Shown: positions 23,275 to 34,669 of the stretch, one piece after another
How the letters are laid out: each line of letters begins with the position of its first letter
Position numbering within the stretch: the stretch's first letter is position 1
From: Parasitella parasitica NRRL 2501
Taxonomy: Eukaryota; Fungi; Mucoromycota
DNA length: 52,252 nucleotides
Assembly: GCA_025201805.1 (NCBI GenBank)
Contig: MU619323.1
Coordinates: 31,294 to 83,545, forward strand
Direction of reading: 5' to 3'
Position numbers and translations under genes: made by a program
The notes under the pieces: model-generated
Seen by the model: the letters and a program-made list of their open reading frames with translations, nothing else
Told to the model about the DNA's origin: nothing
Database searches by the model: none

Positions 23275-24597
23275 ATGGTCAAAGTAAAAGCTTTATCAAG
23301 ATCTTCCAACGACTATGTCAGAGAACGGGCGCAAGACATTCACAAAGTACAGCGGAATTTAGATCCTACGGCTCATCCTTTTGAACAAGGCAGAGAATAT
23401 ACCAGAGCTTTGAATGCAGTGAAATTGGACCGAATGTTTGCAAAGCCTTTTGTTGGATCTCTCAATGGACATATCGACGGTGTTTACTGTTTAACCAAGC
23501 ATCCTAGTAAGCTAAACTCTATGATTTCAGGTAGTGGCGATGGTGAAATTCGTATTTGGGAGGTTTCTGAGGAGAAAACCACTTGGAGAGTACAGGGCCA
23601 TCGTGGCCTAGTGAGTGGTGTATGTGCTGGCAAAGATGAAGGCCGGTTCTTGTCTTGTTCGACCGACAAAACTGTTAAGATCTGGGGAGCGGACTCTGAC
23701 CCCATTGAAACATACATGGGCAAGCACGCTTTTACAGGCTTATCTCATCATCGGTTTGATCCCATTTTTGCGACATCTGGCGGCACCGTTGAAGTTTGGG
23801 ACGAAAGCAGATCAGAACCCATCCACAATTTCGCATGGGGAGCAGACTCTTATCAAACAGTTAAATTCAACCAAGTAGAACAAAACATTTTTGCAGCCTG
23901 TGGCACTGATCGTACCGTTGTTCTGTACGATTTACGAACAAGTACACCACTTTCTAAGCTTGTCATGACACTAAAGACAAACGCTATCGCTTGGAATCCC
24001 ATGGAAGCCTACATCTTTACAACCGGTAGCGAAGATCATAATGCCTACACATTCGATATGAGAAATATGACATCAGCAAAGAATGTATTGAAGGACCATG
24101 TGTCTGCGATCATGGACGTAGATTATTCACCCACTGGCCAAGAAATTGTCACAGGCTCATATGATCGCACCATCCGTTTATACGATGTTGGCTCTGGCCA
24201 TAGCAGAGACTGCTATCACACAAAGAGAATGCAGAGGATCTTTGCAGTGCAGTACTCTATGGATAGCAAATATGTGCTGTCTGGTTCAGACGATGGTAAT
24301 ATTCGTATTTGGAAAGCACATGCCAATGAAAAGATAGGTGTCAAGGACTGGCGTGAAAAGAACAAGCTGGAATACTCTGCCAAACTGAAGGAAAGATATG
24401 GCCACATGACGGATATCCGCAGAATTGATAAACATAGAAGAACGCCCAAGGACATCAAGCTTGCTGATTCGAGAAAGAGGGAGATAATTAATGCAGAAAA
24501 ACGAAAGGAAGGATTAAGACGTAAACACTCCAAGAAGTTAGATTCTGTCAGACGTGTGCCTGAACGAGAAAAGCCAATTGTGGGCATCGCTAAATAG
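23275..24597 (+). CDS. SOF1: Sof1/DCAF13 WD40 U3 snoRNP (SSU processome) protein
   Basis: Intronless 440 aa. RNLDPTAHPFEQGREYTRALNAVKLDRMFAKPF, WD40 repeats, YHTKRMQ, SGSDDGNIRIWKA and a basic Sof1 C-terminal domain. Confidence 0.97.
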   Translation: MVKVKALSRSSNDYVRERAQDIHKVQRNLDPTAHPFEQGREYTRALNAVKLDRMFAKPFVGSLNGHIDGVYCLTKHPSKLNSMISGSGDGEIRIWEVSEEKTTWRVQGHRGLVSGVCAGKDEGRFLSCSTDKTVKIWGADSDPIETYMGKHAFTGLSHHRFDPIFATSGGTVEVWDESRSEPIHNFAWGADSYQTVKFNQVEQNIFAACGTDRTVVLYDLRTSTPLSKLVMTLKTNAIAWNPMEAYIFTTGSEDHNAYTFDMRNMTSAKNVLKDHVSAIMDVDYSPTGQEIVTGSYDRTIRLYDVGSGHSRDCYHTKRMQRIFAVQYSMDSKYVLSGSDDGNIRIWKAHANEKIGVKDWREKNKLEYSAKLKERYGHMTDIRRIDKHRRTPKDIKLADSRKREIINAEKRKEGLRRKHSKKLDSVRRVPEREKPIVGIAK

Positions 24598-24893
24598 TCT
24601 TAATTTGTACATTTTTTCTTATTCATCATTCCCTCTAATTCCAAGAAAGAATAAAAACCTGTACCATATTGAATAGCCAGATATTGCCTTCGTTGACAAG
24701 CCTGTAATGATGTCTGTGGGGGGGGGGGCAGCCAGTTCACAGCCTCACTCACACAGTTGTGATACCAAGAACAAATTTAACATCCGTTGGGTCGACGTAA
24801 ATTCATAGCGCTTTTGCAGCATTAAAAACGAGATATTTCCTTTTTCCCTTTTTCTTTTTCCCACTTTTTCTTTTTCTGCACACCAACAGAAAC

Positions 24894-26639
24894 ATGTCAA
24901 ATACTGCTGAAAGCAGGCCAGAATCAAAGCCAAACCAAATTGAAAGCCTAGAGGAACCAACAGCTAGCGAGACAATCGTTAATACCAAGGAATCCCAAGA
25001 TGAGCCAGCTGCCAAAGAAGCCGTAAGTGAGGCAGCAAATAAGTCTACTACTGTAGATGTATCACAGAAGCCGTCTCAACCAGAATCACAAGAGCCAGTT
25101 GAACAATTGAACCTACCAGAAAATGTGCGCATTTTGAAGGAAGCTTTTCCAGATACAGACGTCGAAGTCATTGAAGCCGTTCTCCATACCCAAAATGATA
25201 ATGTAGAAAGCGGCTTTGAAATTCTACTTGGCATGTCGGATCCTACCTACAATCCACCATCAACTGTAGATGAACAGGCGCCTCCAATGCCTCCCCGCCC
25301 ACAGACAAGACAAAACAGCGGCAATGCTCCTTACGCATACTGGGAACGTCAAGCTCAGCCAGAACCAACAACTGTGGAAGAGCAGCTTCGCATGGACGAA
25401 GAGTTTGCCAAAAGACTTGCTTTGGAAGATGAAAGAGCATCTCAAAATCGTAATTAATACTTTTTGTGCTCTTTGAAGCGTTTTTGTTTATGATTTTACA
25501 TTAGGCCGTCGATCGTCTGAACAGCCCCAGCGTCAACAACAACCGCAAAGACAGGATGACGATGATTCCTTATTCAACTTTCAAGGTAAGGAGAAATTAG
25601 TAGTAGAGGATGAAATGCTAGCTTTTGTTAAGGATAAAATACATAGACGAGCTTCCTATCATCAAAGAAAAGATGAAAGAGGCAGGAAATGCTGCTAAAA
25701 AGAAAATGATGGATTTATACAATCAATTCAAGGCCAACACACAGAAGAATAATCCCCAAACTATGAACGAAAAAGTCGCTACATCTTCTATGCCAACCAC
25801 AAACGCACAATACAGGTAATACCCATAGAAGCATGCGAAACAGAGCACTTGGTATTCATTTCTCATATGCAGAGGTTTACCGAGCGATGATGGCGATGAT
25901 CTTTTAACAGGCGATATATCTGCATTGCACCTATCTGACTATGATGTATACGCAAAAACAAACGGCAGACCTAGAAAATCAAATGATGACCAAAGCACCA
26001 ACAACAGAGGTATAAAATGTCAAAGAGTCTGATTACTCAGTGATTTAATACAATNNNNNNNNNNAAAAAAAAGGTGATGGTGTTATCCATGTTAATCCTC
26101 CAATGGGTTCACCAATGCAAAAGACTCTGTCCAACACCCAAACGTCTACATCGGATGCTCAATTAAAAGCGGATGAGGACTTTGCTAGGCAACTAGCTGA
26201 GGAGGAACAAATCGAAGCCAGAAGACCAAGAAACTCATCACCTTTGGAGAATAATGTGTCTCATGCCCCTCCAATGCCAGCAAGGAAGACTGTAATTATT
26301 GCACCTAAATCACCACTTGAATTCGAAGGCGACTCGGATTACGAAGGTACCGTATACAAATGTTTGGAGAGAAAGGGGTTGGGATTTTGCGCTACACCGA
26401 TCCTAATTAGTTTTTGAAAACAAGATGTACGATTGACAGCGGCTCCAGCGACAAATAATACAAAGAAACGAAATACTGACACACGTAACAATAGTTTAGC
26501 GGAGAGTGCTTCGATCCCCTATGTTATCGGCGATGACGATGATTCTGATTCTGATGATCTTGTTGATATTGATGACGAGGAGTTCAAAGAAGACGCTTAT
26601 GAACAAGCAGGGAAGACGCAGCCTGTAGCTAGTGAGTAA
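24894..26639 (+). CDS. CUE-domain ubiquitin-binding protein (Cue5-like)
   Basis: CUE domain ILKEAFPDTDVEVIEAVL...GFEILLGMSDP; QLRMDEEFAKRLA and QLKADEDFARQLA motifs; DELPIIKEKM. About 6 exons, with a 10-N gap in one intron. Confidence 0.8.
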
Positions 26640-26965
26640 AATGAGAGTTCACTTGGGTATGCGTATGAAACTCATGAATTGCAATTAGAAGATTCCGTTT
26701 CCTCCAAGAAAGGTGTAATAACCACAATTAAATCTTCTCCTACTACTGATACTGCTGATGTTGTTGATTATGCAGCATCTAAATCGACTACGGATAATAC
26801 TGAAGCCTCAATTACTCATTGAGCTTTCACAATAAATCTAATTAGTACATAATTTTCTTATTAAAACATAATCCATTTGATAAACCAACTATAGTGTACA
26901 CGAATTTGGTTACGTTTGTGGTGCATGATCTTTCTTGCCACTGGGAAAATATATTATATTCTTAT

Positions 26966-27684
26966 ACGGTGCTTCCACTCTCACTTTCCCACTTTTGTGA
27001 AAACGCCGCCCACTTTTTTGAGGTCCAATTGCCCAGAAAAATGAGACTAATTTTGTCGGATATTTGAGACTAATTTGCCCCACTTTTAAGAACTATTACA
27101 AAGGCTCTTTATTCAAACATATAGGGAATACGTTAACTGAGTGTTGAATGAAGTTTTGTATATGCTCTAAAGGAACATTTTCGCTGCCTTCAATTATTCT
27201 CAAAGTCAGGGATTCCGTTGCTGTAAAGAGAGTTCTTTTACCATGATCTTTCAGCACTTTCCAGAACATCTCAATAGGGTCAAGTTCAGGTGAATAAGGT
27301 GGAAAATACACCGGTATATAGCCTCTTCCTAAGATTATGGGGTCGATGGCTTTTGGTATATGAATAGGAGCATTGTCCATCACAATATGATATCCTTTCA
27401 TTTCGGGGTGTTCGTCCATAATATCCAAGGTATCGCTGATGAATTGTGCATAATGGCCAGCTGTAGTTCCTTCTGGAATAGCAGCAGCAGCAGAATCTCC
27501 TGGTTCCTTTCGTTTTCTAGCACCAACAACCTTCCTCTTCTTGACATTGCCCGGCTCTCTCAAACTTACGTTTATCACACCAGCTGCAGAAATTGCCCCA
27601 ATCACTGTATGGGATACGCCTCTCGCAGAGAGCGATTCCACAATTGCGGGCTTACCTTGCGTAGTATAATAATACATCGTACCC
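26966..27684 (-). mobile_element. 5'-truncated Tc1-like DD34E element
   Basis: ORF 27096-27677: HTVIGAISAAG, GTTAGHY, MDNAPIH..(34 aa)..ELDPIE, ending CLNKEPL* like the first copy. The first catalytic Asp and HTH are missing. The downstream end has TA|CGGTGC and repeated CCCACTTTT (x3) and TGAGACTAATTT (x2) motifs. Confidence 0.85.
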
Positions 27685-27857
27685 TGTTAAGGATATGATG
27701 TTGCTTGCAAATTATTCTTATCGATTAGTATTGATTAGTATTTTAAATAAGTCACCAAAAATTTATATAGTTGTAAAAAGTATAAATAGCATTTACAAAC
27801 ATTTCGCTGTTGCGCCCTTCACATTGGCACAACTCTACTTTTTCATATCTTACAACA
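27685..27857 (+). mobile_element. Probable solo LTR (173 bp)
   Basis: Begins TGTTAAGGATATGA and ends TCATATCTTACAACA (TG...CA with imperfect inverted termini); central TATAAATA at about 27781. No matching target-site duplication. Confidence 0.5.
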
Positions 27858-28535
27858 CCTTTTACTCACATCAATTGCCTCAGTTCGGATAGTGTATAGA
27901 TCCTCTCAATTAACTTATTACTGATAAGGTATTATTACCTGATTATTTTTACTCTTTTTAACTAATAGTTTATTTCTGGTAAATCACCAATGCTCGTTGA
28001 TTCTGCCATTGGTTTTCTCTTTCTCAATCATTACTCCCACGAAGAAAGTATTTTTTTATAATTTTTTTATTTCAGTAACTTCACATTTAGTAGCGTTTCT
28101 AAGAGATTTTTACATGCAAAGTTGTATTTTCTGTTGAAAAAACGTTTTTATTAGATAGTGCTGATTTTTCGCTATGTTCTCCAGGTACGATCTCGATTCT
28201 GCGGTTTATTTAGCAAAAGTTAGGACCGAATGTCTTTTGATTTTTAACAGAAAACCCGTTTCGAGCATGGTTCAAATCTACAAGCAATAATATCCAACAT
28301 TTTAATTTGGATCTGCATTGAGGAATCAAACCTTAACTTAAAGGATTCATATGAACTGTTTTCACGGTGATATGTATTTGTATTAAATAGAAGGCGCAGC
28401 AAATCAAAATAAACTTGTTGATTGTATATGTATATTATAGAAAAGGAAGGTAACACTGATAATATATAGCATGAATTGCACTGGTATATATGCAACAAAA
28501 AAAAAAAAAAAAAAAAGTTAAAATATAGTATAGAA

Positions 28536-31063
28536 TCAAGATGAATGAGAGGTTAAAATACGGTGCAGTTCCTAGAAATGAATAGGTATTAATTCTCTTT
28601 CTCTTTCAAAATACCAGCATTAGTATACCTTTTCCAGATCATCAAGACTGGATAAGCTTTTTCCACCGTCTCTTTCAGCAAGCAATGGACTTGAAGCAGG
28701 AGGCGAGAGGTGGGGCGCTGTAGTTTTATTCGATGTATCGTACTTGTCTAAATAACACTCGGCTGATGATAAAAGTTCTTTACGGGGAATCCCTGTTTCC
28801 TGCTCTAGTGGTACTTTTTGAGCTTTTATCAATGGATAATGCGTCTGTTTCTCCGAGACATCTATACCGCTTTCATGACGAGATGCTGGCATAGGCGATG
28901 TGAAATTCGAGCTTGCAATGTCCTTTCGAGGTACTGTGTTTGGGCTGGGTTCGTACGCCTCTAATGCAGCGTCGACTCTTTTCAAAATTCCATCCGTGTT
29001 GCCATCAAGGCGTGTCATAACTGGAATACTATGTGAGTACGTGCGGTGAAGATGGCTTTTTTCTGGGAAAACCTTACTTGATGTCGGCCTCGCCGAGGAA
29101 GAAGACGAGGAAGAAGTTGAAGAGGAAAGCGATACGGGCCGCTGGTCGTCAAGCGAGCTTGAAAAGCTGTGCAGTACAAAATGTTTTTCTTTGGTGGTAT
29201 CCTCTACTCCGTTAAAAACATCGGATAATCTTTGGTCTAAATTCAAAAGTGTGTCTATGTGTATTGCGCAGAGACGCTGGTGAGCACGATTTCCAGCCCT
29301 ATTTTGTCACAAACGAGACATGTACAAACCTTTTCCGTTTACGCTCAGTATTAGTCTGTACTGATGAGGCTGCTCTATGTCTGATATGATGTGGAATTTA
29401 ACAAGCGCAGTAGATGTAAGATCATGGATCGAGATGTTTGCAGGTATAGCAATCACTTTATCGATTCGTTCCATCTCTGGTGTTTCTTTCTTGGTTTTCT
29501 TCTTGCCAAATCGTCTCAGTGTTGTCATCTTTTTTATGGCCGTCATTTTCTCAACTACAGGAGGCGCAGTGCTGGCTACAGCTGTCATTAGCGACACTTT
29601 GATGTGAACCTGCCCGCTCTTGTCATTCACTCGCTTGATGCGCTTGTGCATAAAGAATTGGATCGAAGAGTCGCTAAGCGAAGGGATGGAGGAGGATCGC
29701 TTCTTCTTCCTCTTGCCAACATAATCCGCTGATGAGACCAGCTGTCTAAATTGAGTGAGAGAGGGCATAGGGGTAGTTAGGTGCGCTGTCAGTGACTCAT
29801 GAATTTCGTACGGCTTGTCTTGGCAGCCCAGCGTGATCTCGTCGCCATCTCGAGTCTTGACAGTGAGGTAATACTCGACACCGCTATCTTTGCCATAAGA
29901 GCGGCCGTTCTTTGTCTCGATTTGAGAAATATGGAACTTCTCCATGGCATTCGCAAGCAATTCGTCTACGCTGGTCGACTCTGTAACTCGCACAGAGTGA
30001 TATGATGCACCTACGTCAACATTGCCTGCAAACACCCGCACAACCTTTGACTTGACTGGGACCTGTTCACGTGAAAGCTGTCGAACCGGGTCTGCATGAT
30101 TGTTGACAGCAGTAGGCTCCTTAACCTTAGCATGCTGGCTTTGCAAAGGTCTGTTGGCTTCATCAGCAACAGGGTGCGTATTTTTGGAATCCAGAATATG
30201 GCCGTTTTTGTGAATCGATTGCTGCTCTGGAGGCTTACTGGCAGCTTGGCCAATTTCCTGTTGCTCTTCAGTTTGTTCCTGATTTTCATCATCGGCATCT
30301 TGGTCAATATCATCGTCCAGCATTTCTTCATTCCACTCTTCGTAAGTTTCCTCCTCAATTTCGTCGTCATCTTCTCCGGTCAATATCACATGCAATTGCA
30401 CGTTTAACGATGTCGATAAAATCACCTTTTTCTTTGTTTTTATAGAGTTGTTGGGATCTACTTTGTTGTTGATGTAATGCGTCGCTTGTTCAATCGAAGT
30501 TAGCTACATGTGCAACAAAACACTGTTAACACCCGAGTTTACTACTATACAGAGCGAGTTTTTTATATTTATTTATTTTTTCCCTTTACCTCAACATTGC
30601 GATGCTTATTCAATCTGGCCAGCCTCTCAAAGGGCGTTTCAATGTTTTCTGCAGGTATATAGCCTACTTCTGAAGATTTTAAATCTCTAATGAGCCACCA
30701 ATAAGAGTTCGAGTCATCCAACAGTGTAAGCGCGTCCCCCTTTTTGACAGAGGCCTGCCCATCAACAGTAGCTTCAAATGTATGGAGGGTATAAACAAGA
30801 TCAAAATTGATATTTTCGTCTGGTATGCTGGGCGACGATGTAAAATCTGATCCATCTTCTTCGTCTTCTTCCTCATCGTCGTCGTCGTCGTCATCGTCGT
30901 CATCGTCGTCCTCATCATCATCTTGGCCTTGGCCTTGTTCCTCTTCAATGAATCGCTGTTTTCGTATGGGATTTACGTCTTCATCGCCTTCTTCCTCTCG
31001 AATAGCTAGTTCTGGAGAGGGCGTCCATTTGCTCTGTGTATTAATAACCAAGTTCCTTGACAT
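28536..31063 (-). CDS. Bud14/Tea4-like cell-polarity protein (SH3 plus Ras-association-like domain)
   Basis: ENINFDLVYTLHTFEATVDGQASVKKGDALTLLDDSNSYWWLI...GYIPAENIETPFERLARLNKHRN is the Tea4/Bud14 SH3 signature. RA-like VRVFAGNV...SVRVTESTSVDELLANAMEKFHI. 4 exons; last exon ELHRILTSHSS*. Confidence 0.85.
30857..30921 (-). repeat. GAC/GAT/GAA trinucleotide tract encoding poly-Asp/Glu
   Basis: (TCG/TCA)n on the plus strand; DDDEDDDDDDDDDDDDEEEDEED in the protein. Confidence 0.9.
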
Positions 31064-31515
31064 TGAGATGAGCAGTAATCAAAATACAGCAAAGAAAGAA
31101 GAGTCTGCAAGAGTTTGAAAAGAAATTAGTTATTTTTATCCAAAATATAAAAGGGGAGAGAGGGTGTAATAGAAAACGAAATTAGACAAAGGGGCTGAAA
31201 TTAGGCCGTTGAAGCTCAGCGCTTTGATGTATCATCCAGGGCAGCATAGGCAGTTTAGGGCTTGTATGTCTGTATACCTTACGAGCATACAAAGAAGAAC
31301 CAGAGGTCAATTAGATCAAAATGCGCAAAGTTGACCCTATATATTACAGTAATACTATTTTCGTGTCTTTTGCTGAAGCTTCCTATTTTTATAATTGCTT
31401 GTTCAGGAACCAAACAAGGATATATATACCCATCAGCAAGGACGTCCTTTAGAGCGGCGATATGCCTTACTTTATGCAATTGCCATCAATGGAATAAGCT
31501 ATGGTTCCTGGATTT

Positions 31516-31745
31516 NNNNNNNNNNNNNNNNNNNNNNNNNNNNNNNNNNNNNNNNNNNNNNNNNNNNNNNNNNNNNNNNNNNNNNNNNNNNNNNNNNNNN
31601 NNNNNNNNNNNNNNNNNNNNNNNNNNNNNNNNNNNNNNNNNNNNNNNNNNNNNNNNNNNNNNNNNNNNNNNNNNNNNNNNNNNNNNNNNNNNNNNNNNNN
31701 NNNNNNNNNNNNNNNNNNNNNNNNNNNNNNNNNNNNNNNNNNNNN
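31516..31745. other. Assembly gap (N run); smaller gaps at 26055-26064 and 47291-47300
   Basis: N characters, each followed by a poly-A run. Confidence 1.
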
Positions 31746-32368
31746 AAAAAAAAAAAAAAAAAATTAGTTATGGTGCCACAGAACAATTCCAGAAGATCAG
31801 CCGTAAATAGAGGCACAAGACTACTGCATGTTTGATAAGAACTGCTATTTGGTAAGAGTCATGTTTAATGAAAGGTATCCATACATAAAAGTTTGTGGTT
31901 ATCAGTGCAGAAATTGGGTATTTACAATAGAATTAGTAATATTAAATGTTGTTAATTACAATGGGTTTGCACGGCCTTTTTTGTTTGGGATTTGGACTAC
32001 TAAATCTCTACTATTAAACCTGCTACTGGTTGCAAGATCAGCTATCAGACTTGACTTTGAAGGTTTGCCATTCTAATTTTCAGTTTCTACAGACTTCTAG
32101 GCTGCCGTACAAAAAGAAGCACTATATTTAGTCTTTAAAGCAATGCACGAGTTTCGCTAGTGCTTCAAAATGTCAAAAGCTTGCTATGGAGAGATACGGT
32201 TCACTTATGGCGTCGAATTTGATTTTCATTGGCCTCCCAAAATGAAGAGATTCAATTCCACCAGTTGTCAAAAAGCAAAACATTTTTTTTTTTTTTACCC
32301 CAAACCAAACACAAAAATTGTAGTCAGTCTTTCGATACGCATAATCAAGAAGATTCAATACATTATCC

Positions 32369-34500
32369 ATGATCAGAAAACTGTCAGCCATGAATGTCCT
32401 GATTTACAATGGAAATGGCACTTCTCTTAGCGCTGTCAACCAAACATACACAACTCTGAAGGCTATCCTGGGCCATGCCTATGATATTATTAAAGTGGAC
32501 GCATCCACGCTGAAATCAGAGCCATGGGAAGAGACTTGCTCGCTGCTGGTAATCCCTGGCGGTCGAGATAGCCCTTACTGCCACGACTTGAACGGCCAAG
32601 GCACAGCCAAGATCAAAGAGTATGTACATGGAGGTGGACATTATGTGGGATTCTGTGCTGGTGCCTATTTTGCCTCACAGAACATCGAGTTTGAAAAGGG
32701 AAACAAGGACATGGAGGTCATCGGTTCACGCGAATTGGGATTTTACCCTGGCACGAGCCGTGGAACCATGTTTCCTGGCTTTGTTTACAACAGCGAAAGG
32801 GGGGCGAAAGCAGTGTCTATCTTGCAACATCAAGAAACGTTCAAGGCCTACTACAACGGCGGTGGGTATTTTGTACGCCCGCAGCAGCACAAGCAAGTAA
32901 AAGTAGTCTGTACATACCAAGATCCTGGGTTGTGTGATGATGAGGACACAGTTGCAGCAGGTGTTCAGTGTCTGGTTGGAAAGGGATCTGCATTATTATT
33001 TGGTTTTCACCCCGAGTATGATGTAAATTTATTAGATTTAACTGACAATGACGACATGGAACAAATCACTCAAGATCTAACTGCATCTTTGCCTAAATGT
33101 CGAGAATTCTTGAGCCAATTGCTGTCAGAAATTGGACTCAAGGTCAATAGAGTGGAACAAAATGTGCCTGAATTGACACCCATTTATCTGGCGACTGCTT
33201 CAGGAGAGCTGTTACAGACATTGACAGCAAATCTATTGAATCAGGCAGACAAAGACTCTATATTCAATGATGCCAATGACAGCTTCTATATTTCGCAAAT
33301 TTCTGAGCAGAAAGAGAACGCGCTCACGGAGAAGCTCGGGCAGCTTTCGCTCAAACGTGAAGCTGAAGATAAACCGCCTGTTCTCAAGATATTGTACCCA
33401 TCGCTGGACAAAGCCAAGGTTACCCAAATCCCCCAAACGAGCTTGACCCCCATGTTTGATTTAAGCGCATTTTTTGAGTCATTAGCTGATCGAAGAAAAC
33501 TAGAGTGGGGAGGTGGAGCATGGTATCGGTTTGGCAATGCAATTCTGTACAGCGAGGTTATCACCAGTACGCAAACTGTACTCGACAAGTAAAGTTGTTT
33601 TGTGCAAAAATTTGCAAAATCTCGATACTCAACATACTTTGATAGAAACTACAATTTTGCTCAATGTTTACCTACAGGCCTTGTGTGCTTGGCTACTAAT
33701 CAAATATCAGGAAGAGGTAATGAAAAACGTGGCTCCAAGACATTTTAGAACAATGAGAAAGATCTGATAAGATGCAATCTTAGGCAGAGGCCGTAATTCT
33801 TGGGTGTCACAAGCTGGCGCATTACAATATAGCTTTGTTGTCCGACACAGCTTACGTTTATCCAAATCGCCTGTTGTGTTTATTCAATACTTGATAGCGC
33901 TCGCCATAGTTGAAAGCATCCGCACGCGCAAAGGGTACGAAGACGTACCGCTTCGTCTCAAGTGGCCTAACGACATTTATGCCGATTTAGGGGACGAAGG
34001 TTTGAAGAAAGTAGGTGGTCTTTTGGTCAACTCTAGCTTTGTTCAGGACGAGTTTCTGCTGGTTATTGGCTGCGGTATCAACTTGGACAACACGCACCCG
34101 ACTGTCTCCATTAACGATGTGATTCAAAAGCACAATCCAAAACTCAGAAGATTGGAACGGGAACAAGTTTTGGCCCACGCCTTGGTTACATTTGAAAAGT
34201 ACTACATGGAATTTTGCGAAAAGGGGATGGGTGCCTGGTTCCTAGACAAGTACTATGAACGCTGGCTTCATAGGTAAGACCATTGCATGCAAAACTAGTC
34301 TAATACTGACATCGTTTCCTAGCAACAAACTTGTTACATTGACCACCCACAATGACGAAAAGGCTAGAATTGTTGGCATCACTAGCGATTATGGCATGCT
34401 TGAGGCGGTTAGTGCCGATAATTCTAAGGTGAAATTCACTCTTCAACCTGATGGCAACAGCTTTGATATGCTCAAGGGCCTGATCATTAAAAAACAGTAA
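32369..34500 (+). CDS. BPL1: Biotin-protein ligase (holocarboxylase synthetase) with N-terminal GATase1-like domain
   Basis: MNVLIYNGNG, VIPGGRD, GFCAGAY and FHPE in the N-terminal domain; TSTQT, QISGR|GRGRNSW, LKWPNDIY, KVGGLLV and LQPDGNSFDMLKGLI. 4 exons. Confidence 0.96.
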
Positions 34501-34669
34501 TGTTTCCCTTTGAATAAATCAGTGTAAAATACGGTATACGCACTTAATGCCGGCCGCTGGCACATGACTGTAGAAAAAAAGAATGATTTAAATAGCCCTG
34601 GCAACCTTTTTCCCTTCACCACCTTTTCCTTTTTTTTATTTTTTTCCTTTTAAATTTATAGAGCAGTAA

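Noticed and set aside
28240-28290. GGTTCAAATC T-loop-like motif suggesting a tRNA
   Set aside because: No acceptor, D or anticodon stems can be formed.
31262-31835. ORFs spanning the N gap
   Set aside because: Artefacts of translating Ns.
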